The notes under the pieces: model-generated
Told to the model about the DNA's origin: nothing
The model's database searches: none
Seen by the model: the letters and a program-made list of their open reading frames with translations, nothing else
Position numbers and translations under genes: made by a program
Origin: Candidatus Xenobia bacterium
GTDB lineage: Bacteria > Vulcanimicrobiota > Xenobia > Xenobiales > QWHO01
Reading direction: 5' to 3'
Length of the DNA stretch: 52,686 bases
Assembly: GCA_045863235.1 (NCBI GenBank)
Contig: BTUM01000056.1
Coordinates: 1 to 52,686, forward strand
In this document: one piece after another, positions 46,024 to 52,686 of the stretch
Layout: the number at the start of each line of letters is the position of its first letter
Numbering within the stretch: the first letter of the stretch is position 1

Positions 46024-47493
46024 CTAAAAGTGACTGCGATTCACCAGCATGTGGACCAGGATGGAGGCTGCGTATCCAAGCGCCACGGCCCAGCTCCAGC
46101 GAAGATGCGAGCCAAAGGTGTAGAGGCCGCGAGCCTGTCCCATGAGGGCCACGCCGGCGGCGCTGCCGATGGACAGAATGGAGCCCCCTACCCCGGCCGT
46201 CAGCGTCACCAGCAGCCACTGTCCATGGCTCATGTCCGGTTGCATGGAGAGCACCGCCACCATGACCGGAATGTTGTCCACCAGGGCTGAAGCCAGACCG
46301 ACCAGGACATTGGCCAGAGTCGGTCCCAGGGCACCATAAGTGGCCCGGGAGGCCAACTCGAGGTAGCCCAGCGTGCCCAGGGCCCCCACGCACAGGATGA
46401 CCCCGCAGAAGAACATCAGGGTATCCCACTCGGCCCGTTCCAGGATCTTGAAGATGTCGACCCCCCTGGGATGGGGCTCGCACTCGACTTCGGCGAACAG
46501 GTCGTCTGGCTCATTGACACCCGCATCGTGGGCCAGGGCGGGTCGCTTCCAATCCAGCGTCAACCAGTAACCGTAGAGCTTGAGCATTCCCAGACCGAGC
46601 AACATGCCCAGCACGGGAGGCAGGCCCAGGCTGGCATGAAAGGTCACTGCGGCAACGATGGTGAGTAGGAAGAGCGCCACGATGGCCAGGGCTCCAGGCT
46701 TCAGGATGGCACCTTCGCCCTCGACCGCCTCGGGCACGGCCGACTCGACCGCAAGCACCATCAAGGCAGCCGGCACCAACCAGTTGACAAGCGAGGGCAA
46801 GAAGAGGGCGAAGAACTCGGTGAAGGTCACCAGGCCCTTCTGCCAGACCATCAGGGTGGTGATGTCTCCGAACGGGCTGAAGGCTCCGCCTGCATTGGCC
46901 GCCACCACGATGTTGATGCAACCGACCGAGCTGAAGCGAGGGTACTGACCGCCCACGGCCAGCAAGACGGCTCCCATCAAGAGCGCGGTAGTGAGGTTGT
47001 CGGCCACCGGCGAGAGCAGGAAAGCCAGCAGCCCGGTGAGCCAGAAGAGAGCTCGCAAGGAGAGCCGACGGGAGATCAGCCAGTCTCGCACCCGAGCGAA
47101 GACGCCCCGCTCCTCCATGGTGTTGATGAAGGTCATGGCCGAGAGCAAGAACAAGAACAGCTCGACGAACTCGAGCAGGTAGTGGCGCACGGCCTGCTCG
47201 GCCAGCTCGGAGTGGCCCGAGCGGGCGGCCGCGAGCCCGAGCAGGCCCCAGAGGATGCCGGCGGCCACCAGAACCGGCACGCTCTTCTTGAGATGGAGGG
47301 CTTCCTCGGCCATCACCACCCCATAGGCTACGGTAAAGATGGCCAGGCAAGCGTAGCCTGCCCAGTGGTCGTGAAGCTGCAGGCCTTCGCCCCCCAGCGC
47401 CAGGACCGGAGCGGCCAGGGCCAGCACCAGGCCGGCCAGGAGGGTCGGACGCCCCGCCTGACCGGCGGGATTGCGTCCGACCCGCCAGGTCAT
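46024..47493 (-). CDS. nhaD: Na+/H+ antiporter NhaD family
   Basis: HLKKSVP, SPVADNLTTAL, AANAGGAFSPFGDITT, DNIP, GGSILSIGSAAGV; start overlaps the aldolase stop. Confidence 0.92.
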   Translation of the reverse strand: MTWRVGRNPAGQAGRPTLLAGLVLALAAPVLALGGEGLQLHDHWAGYACLAIFTVAYGVVMAEEALHLKKSVPVLVAAGILWGLLGLAAARSGHSELAEQAVRHYLLEFVELFLFLLSAMTFINTMEERGVFARVRDWLISRRLSLRALFWLTGLLAFLLSPVADNLTTALLMGAVLLAVGGQYPRFSSVGCINIVVAANAGGAFSPFGDITTLMVWQKGLVTFTEFFALFLPSLVNWLVPAALMVLAVESAVPEAVEGEGAILKPGALAIVALFLLTIVAAVTFHASLGLPPVLGMLLGLGMLKLYGYWLTLDWKRPALAHDAGVNEPDDLFAEVECEPHPRGVDIFKILERAEWDTLMFFCGVILCVGALGTLGYLELASRATYGALGPTLANVLVGLASALVDNIPVMVAVLSMQPDMSHGQWLLVTLTAGVGGSILSIGSAAGVALMGQARGLYTFGSHLRWSWAVALGYAASILVHMLVNRSHF

Positions 47494-48566
47494 CAGGCGA
47501 TGGTGACGTCTTTGCTGAGGTAGACGTCCTGAATGGCGTTGAGCAGGGCCACGCCGTCCTTCATGGGGCGCTGGAAGGCTTTGCGGCCCGAGATGAGACC
47601 CATGCCTCCGGCCCGCTTGTTGATGACGGCGGTGCGCACGGCCTGGGCCAGGTCGTCGGCGCCCTTGGACTCGCCGCCGGAGTTGATCAGGCCGGCCCGG
47701 CCCATGTAGCAGTTGATGACCTGGTAGCGGGTGAGGTCGATGGGGTGGTCGGTGCACAGCTCGGAGTACATCCGCTTGTCGGACTTGGCGAACTTGATGG
47801 CAGTGAAGCCGCCGTTGTTCTCGGGCTGCTTCTGCTTGATGATGTCGGCCTGGATGGTGACGCCCAGGTGGTTGGCCTGGCCGGTGATGTCGGCGGCCAC
47901 ATGGTAGTCGGTGCCGTCGTGCTTGAAGGCGTTGTTGCGGGCGTAGCACCATAGCACGGTGGCCATGCCCAGCTCGTGGGCGTGCTGGAAGGCCTCGGCG
48001 ATCTCGACGATCTGGCGGCGCGACTCCTCCGAACCGAAGTAGATGGTGGCACCCACGGCCACGGCGCCCAGGTTCCAGGCCTCTTCCACGGTGCCGAACA
48101 TGACCTGGTCGTAGCTGTTGGGATAGGTCAGCAGCTCGTTGTGGTTGATCTTGACCAGGAAGGGAATCTTGTGGGCGTACTTGCGAGAGACGGCTCCCAG
48201 CACGCCGAAGGTGGTGGCCACGGCGTTGCAGCCGCCCTCGATGGCCAGCTTGATGATGTTCTCGGGGTCGAAATAGAGGGGGTTGGCGGCGAACGAGGCG
48301 CCGGCAGTATGCTCGATACCCTGGTCCACGGGCAGGATGCTCACGTAGCCCGTATGGGCCAGGCGGCCCGAGCCGAAGAGCTGGCCCAGGCTGCGCAGCA
48401 CCTGAGGGTTGCGGTCGGACATGGTCCAGATTCGGTCGATGAAGTCGGGGCCGGGCAGGTGGAGCTGGGCGGCGGGGACGGTCTTACACTCGTGCTCGAG
48501 CAGAGACTTGGCATCCTCTCCCAGAGTCTTCTCGATGTCGATGGTGCGATCTACGGTAACGGTCAT
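47493..48566 (-). CDS. fbaB: Class I fructose-bisphosphate aldolase
   Basis: [42 protein letters not shown]; start ATG 48566. Confidence 0.96.
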   Translation of the reverse strand: MTVTVDRTIDIEKTLGEDAKSLLEHECKTVPAAQLHLPGPDFIDRIWTMSDRNPQVLRSLGQLFGSGRLAHTGYVSILPVDQGIEHTAGASFAANPLYFDPENIIKLAIEGGCNAVATTFGVLGAVSRKYAHKIPFLVKINHNELLTYPNSYDQVMFGTVEEAWNLGAVAVGATIYFGSEESRRQIVEIAEAFQHAHELGMATVLWCYARNNAFKHDGTDYHVAADITGQANHLGVTIQADIIKQKQPENNGGFTAIKFAKSDKRMYSELCTDHPIDLTRYQVINCYMGRAGLINSGGESKGADDLAQAVRTAVINKRAGGMGLISGRKAFQRPMKDGVALLNAIQDVYLSKDVTIA

Positions 48567-48903
48567 GAAGGCCAGATTCCTTTCCAATGTGTTGAGCGTT
48601 TCAGGCTGAAGGTTCTGCCAATCGGGGGCGCCTCCACACAAGTGGAGTCGGCGCAAGCTCCTGCAAAACCTTCAGCTTTCACTTTAGCAGTCGGGCCGCA
48701 ACCCAGGTGTCATGCAGGGCGGCGCGGCCGGGCTGCTTCTCTCGGGGTGCTGGGAGGCTATCATAGTCTCTGCCCCGCCGAATCGCAAGGTCCTCTCGAA
48801 ACAATGTTCCAGTCAAAGGAATTCCCATGCGATGGCTGGAAAGGGCGCTGCCCCGGAGGTCCGAGCCGACTCCGCCCCATCCCCCTCTGCAGGAGGTCGT
48901 TCC

Positions 48904-51705
48904 GTGTCCAAGTCTCTGGTAGTGGCCGAGAAACCCAGCGTGGCCCGCGACATCGCCCAGGCCCTGGGTGGCTTTCAGGAAGCGGAGGGGTTCCTGGAGA
49001 GCGACCGGTTCGTGGTCTCCTGGGCGGTGGGGCACCTGGTCGAGTTCGTGGAGCCCGAAGAGATCGATCCCCGCTACAAGCGCTGGCTGCTCGAGGATCT
49101 GCCCATCCTGCCCGAGCCTTTCACCTACAAGCCCAAGTCGGGGGCCCGCGATCAGCTGCGGGTGCTCAAGAAGCTGTTCGAGCGCAGGGACGTCGAGGAG
49201 CTGATCAACGCCTGCGATGCCGGGCGCGAGGGGGAGCTGATCTTCCGCGAGCTGCAGGCCCACTTCAAGTCCAGCAAGCCGGCCCGCCGGCTCTGGCTGC
49301 AGTCGATGACCCGGGAGGCGATTCGCACGGGGTTTCAGGACCTCAAGCCGGGTCGGGACTATGACGGGCTGGGAGATGCGGCCTTCTGCCGCTCGGAGGC
49401 CGACTGGCTGATCGGCATCAACGCCACCCGCGCCCTGACGCGCCGCATGAAGACGCGCACCGAGACCACCGCCTGGTCGGCCGGGCGGGTGCAGACGCCC
49501 ACCCTGGCCCTGCTCGTGGACCGCGAGCTGGAGATCCTCAAGTTCCGGCCCGAGCCCTTCTGGCGCATCCTGGCTCGCTTTCAGGCGCCCGATGGGCACC
49601 AGTATGAAGGGACGTGGTTTGATCCCAAGTTCCTCGAGAACCCCGACAGCCCGCGCAAGGACGACTGGATCACCGAGGCGGCCAAGCTGGAAGCCATCCT
49701 CAAGTCGCTCGAGAACCGCGTCCCCGGGGCGGCCTCCGAGAGCCGCAAGGCGCGGCGTGAGTCGCCTCCGGGCCTGTTCGACCTGACGACCCTGCAGCGC
49801 GAGGCCAACCGGCGCTTCGGGATGTCGGCCCGACGCACGCTGGGAGCGGCCCAGAGCCTGTACGAGCGCCACAAAGCGCTTACCTACCCGCGCACCGACT
49901 CCAAGTTCCTCCCCGAGGACTATCGCGCTCACGTGGACCAGGTGGTGGATCTGTTGGCCCACGGCGGCACGCTCTACCAGAAGTCCGCCTCGCGCCTGCG
50001 CGCTAAAGGCCTGGAGAACACCAACAACAAGAAGGTGTTCGACAACGCCAAGGTCAGCGACCACTTCGCCATCATCCCCACCACACAGATCCCCGCCGGA
50101 CTGCAAGGCGACGACCAGAAGATCTACGACCTGGTGGTGCGCCGCTTCCTCGCCGCCTTCTACCCGGCGGCGGTGTGGACCCAGGTGGAGCGGCTCACGC
50201 TGGCCCCCTCGCCCGGGGTCGAGCACCACTTCCGCACCCGGGCTCGGTTCTTGAAGGAGCCCGGCTTCTACGAAGTCTACGGGCGCGACGTGGAGGAGGA
50301 CAAAGCCCTGCCCCCGCTGGTGGCGCTACCCCCGGGCACGGAGGAGCAGCTGGTCGAGGAGTTGCAGGGCGAGACGTCTCGGCGCGTGGTGGTGCCGGTT
50401 GGCGAAAGAGTGCCGGTCACCACCCTGCAGGCCGAGTCCAAGGACGACCAGACGCGTCCCCCGGCCCGCATCACCGAAGCGCGCCTGTTGAGCCTGATGG
50501 AGCACGCGGGCCAGCACGTGGACGATGAGGACCTGTCCCAGATCTTGAAGGGGAAAGGGCTGGGCACTCCGGCCACCCGGGCCGAGATCATCGAGAACCT
50601 GATCGGCAAGCAGTACGCGGTGCGCGCCGAGCGTTCGCTGCGGGCCAGCGCCAAGGGCATCCTGCTGATCGACCTGCTGCGCCGCATTCAGATCCGCCAG
50701 CTGGCCTCCCCCGCCCTCACGGGCGAGTTGGAGAAGCACCTGAGCGAGGTGGAGCTGGGCCAGCGTACCCGCAACGCCTTCATGGACGAGATCGTGGCCT
50801 ACGCCCGGGAAGTGGTGGAGAAGGCCAAGACCTTCCAGTACGACGAGCTGTATCGCAACGATCCCCCGCTGGGCCAGTGCCCGGGCTGTCGCACGGCCCA
50901 GGTGGTGGAACAGGCTCGTTTCTACGCTTGCCAGACCAACACCGGCAAGGATAGCGTCTGCAACTTCATCATCTGGAAGGACCGGAGCGGGCGTTACATC
51001 GACCGCGCCACCGTGGCCGAGCTGCTGGAGAAGGGCGAGACGCCCGTGCTGGAGGGCTTCTTGTCCAGTCGGGGCGAGGGCTACAAGGGTCGCCTGAAGC
51101 TGGTGGACGGCAAGCTGGAGCTGATCCCCGAGGGCCAGGCGGAGAAGGGCCAGGGGCCGGACGAGGACGGGGCCACCGCCACCGGAGAGCCGATCTGCCC
51201 CTGCCCGCTCGCTCCCGAGCGGTGCAAGGTGCTCGAGCTGCCGCTCGCCTATCGCTGCGAGGCGCACTGCGTTGAGGACAACCCCCGTCGCAAGGTGGGG
51301 GCCACGCTGCCCCGCGAGGTGTGCAAGCGGGAGATCACGCGCGAAGAGGCGCTGGACTTTTTCCAGAAGGGTTCGACCGAGCAGTTCGACGACTTTGTGT
51401 CGCGCTTCGGGCGGCCTTTCTCGGCCAGGCTGAAGCGCAACGAGAACGGGCGGCACGAGTTCGAGTTCCCGCCCCGCGAAGGGGGCGAGCGCAAGGCTCG
51501 CAAGGGGAAGGCGCCCTCCAAGGCCAAGGCGGCCCCGCGCAAGAAGGCGGCCGCCGAGGAAGCGCCCGCCAAGAAGAAGGCCCCTGCCGCCAAGAAGGCG
51601 TCCGCTGGCGCAAAGAAAGCGGCTGGCGGGAAGAAGGCGGCCGGCGCCACGGCCGTGGCCGAGTCGCCCAAGCCCAGGGTGCGGCTGGTCAAGCGGGAGC
51701 AGTAG
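48904..51705 (+). CDS. topB: DNA topoisomerase III (type IA) with Lys/Ala-rich tail
   Basis: AEKPSVARDIA, NACDAGREGELIF, RLWLQSMT, GRVQTPTL, TYPRTDS, GLGTPATRA; AGGAGG before GTG 48904. Confidence 0.93.
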   Translation: MSKSLVVAEKPSVARDIAQALGGFQEAEGFLESDRFVVSWAVGHLVEFVEPEEIDPRYKRWLLEDLPILPEPFTYKPKSGARDQLRVLKKLFERRDVEELINACDAGREGELIFRELQAHFKSSKPARRLWLQSMTREAIRTGFQDLKPGRDYDGLGDAAFCRSEADWLIGINATRALTRRMKTRTETTAWSAGRVQTPTLALLVDRELEILKFRPEPFWRILARFQAPDGHQYEGTWFDPKFLENPDSPRKDDWITEAAKLEAILKSLENRVPGAASESRKARRESPPGLFDLTTLQREANRRFGMSARRTLGAAQSLYERHKALTYPRTDSKFLPEDYRAHVDQVVDLLAHGGTLYQKSASRLRAKGLENTNNKKVFDNAKVSDHFAIIPTTQIPAGLQGDDQKIYDLVVRRFLAAFYPAAVWTQVERLTLAPSPGVEHHFRTRARFLKEPGFYEVYGRDVEEDKALPPLVALPPGTEEQLVEELQGETSRRVVVPVGERVPVTTLQAESKDDQTRPPARITEARLLSLMEHAGQHVDDEDLSQILKGKGLGTPATRAEIIENLIGKQYAVRAERSLRASAKGILLIDLLRRIQIRQLASPALTGELEKHLSEVELGQRTRNAFMDEIVAYAREVVEKAKTFQYDELYRNDPPLGQCPGCRTAQVVEQARFYACQTNTGKDSVCNFIIWKDRSGRYIDRATVAELLEKGETPVLEGFLSSRGEGYKGRLKLVDGKLELIPEGQAEKGQGPDEDGATATGEPICPCPLAPERCKVLELPLAYRCEAHCVEDNPRRKVGATLPREVCKREITREEALDFFQKGSTEQFDDFVSRFGRPFSARLKRNENGRHEFEFPPREGGERKARKGKAPSKAKAAPRKKAAAEEAPAKKKAPAAKKASAGAKKAAGGKKAAGATAVAESPKPRVRLVKREQ

Positions 51706-51831
51706 CGCGGACGGGAGGAAGGCGGCCAGCGCCACGGCCCTTGCGGAGCCCAGGGTGCGACTGAGCAAGCGAGTGCAGTAGCGCGGGCGGGAGGAAGGCG
51801 GCCGGAGGCACACGGCCGTGGCCGAGCCGCC
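51625..51831 (+). repeat. Degenerate tandem repeat (about 2.5 copies) of the topB 3' end
   Basis: Units begin at about 51625, 51710 and 51786 and share gggar-gaaggcggcc...cacggcc; the first two also share agcccagggtgcg...gcagtagcgcg. Confidence 0.85.
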
Positions 51832-51924
51832 AGGTATCGCGGCTTCATCCGGAGGTGGCGCGGAGCCTGCCTTCCATCTCCGGCCGCGGGCAGGACGGCA
51901 AATGGGCGTAAGGAACTCTGACCT

Positions 51925-52302
51925 GTGCGCAACTCCGTGCTGGTATTGCTGGTCGTGGTGCTCTGCTCGACTGCGTTCGGGTGGTGGGCAATCCTGGAGC
52001 CACCCCAAGAACCCGCGCCAGTCCGGAGTTACAACCCGGGATTCACTTACGACAGACCCTCGTGGAGGCAAAAGTCTCACACGCCGCCGGGGTTCGAGCC
52101 GATCGTCTCCTCCTTCGGACCGGCACCCTTCGGGCCCCCTGACCTGGCACTGTGGCAACTCTGTCGCCGGCCCCCGCAGTCAGCGCGTCAGGCATTCAAG
52201 GTCTTCGCGGTCGAATTGACGGCGGCGGGCTCCGGCGGAACAGGTCCGGGAGAAACGGCAGGTAGTGCGGCGGCTCGGCCAATCAGCATGGCCCGAGTCT
52301 AG
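51925..52302 (+). CDS. Hypothetical protein with N-terminal hydrophobic segment, possibly truncated
   Basis: MRNSVLVLLVVVLCSTAFGWW; TAAGGA upstream; low-complexity tail. Confidence 0.4.
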   Translation: MRNSVLVLLVVVLCSTAFGWWAILEPPQEPAPVRSYNPGFTYDRPSWRQKSHTPPGFEPIVSSFGPAPFGPPDLALWQLCRRPPQSARQAFKVFAVELTAAGSGGTGPGETAGSAAARPISMARV

Positions 52303-52344
52303 TCGCCAGGCGGAAATCACTCCGGAACCGGTCCTGTCGCGCCC

Positions 52345-52686
52345 CGCTCGACCGCAGGGAGCGAACGCCACCAGTCTGTCCCCGCCGGGTACGAACGCCT
52401 GCTCGCCCACCCCGAAGCAAGCCAGACGGGGACCCCCGTCCCTCCGTCGCTCAACCGAACACGCCAGGTACGAACGCCTGTGCCCCCCGCCCCGCTCAAT
52501 CGAACACCAGTTTGTCTCCGCCGGGGACGAACTCTTGCTCGCCCACCCCGGGCAGGACCGTCGCCCGAACAGCTTGTTGCCGCAGGGTGGAACGAACACT
52601 TGCTCGCCCGACCCCGGGCAGGACCGTCGCTCGACCGCGGGGACCGAACGCCAGTTTGTCCCCGCCGGGGACGAACGCTTGCTCGC
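52345..52686. repeat. Mosaic intergenic repeat region running off the window end
   Basis: About 43-bp unit ccagtYtgtcYccgccgggKacgaacKcYtgctcgc at 52371, 52507 and 52651, plus repeated sub-blocks at 52534/52599 and 52345/52628. Confidence 0.85.

Noticed and set aside
52345..52686. CRISPR array
   Set aside because: Repeats are degenerate and irregularly spaced, the intervening sequences are repeated rather than unique, and no cas genes are in the window.

Overview
GC-rich bacterial chromosomal window. The envelope looks diderm: it encodes a beta-barrel with a C-terminal Phe and a Tat lipoprotein. The style of the hypothetical proteins suggests Ca. Eremiobacterota/Vulcanimicrobiota, but that is only an impression. 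Housekeeping and metabolic genes are metK, ribD-cofG-cofH, phosphoketolase, pyruvate kinase, class I FBP aldolase, NhaD, topoisomerase III and tRNA-Arg(ACG). Type IV pilus parts are scattered across the window: PilT, PilB/GspE, PilC/GspF and two PilV/PilW/PilX-like minor-pilin sets. There is also a MazEF/PemIK-type toxin-antitoxin pair, a LigD polymerase domain and a multicopper oxidase. The main discovery is at 24440-25382 and is split or missed by the ORF track. A secreted Cys-rich leader peptide ending in an RGPP ribosome-arrest motif is followed by a hairpin that hides the next RBS. The next gene is a signal-peptide-bearing outer-membrane beta-barrel-like protein. Its frame runs through two in-frame TGA codons (U-P-G-U), with a SECIS-like hairpin 11 nt after the second TGA. 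I interpret this as a candidate metal-regulated UxxU selenoprotein system. Other hidden items include inverted repeats around the TA pair, a VapC remnant, a tandem duplication of the topB 3' end, a Cys-to-Ser pseudo-phosphatase and shared terminal motifs in hypothetical proteins. No database searches were run. Family calls rest on motif recognition, and several start codons are my own choice.
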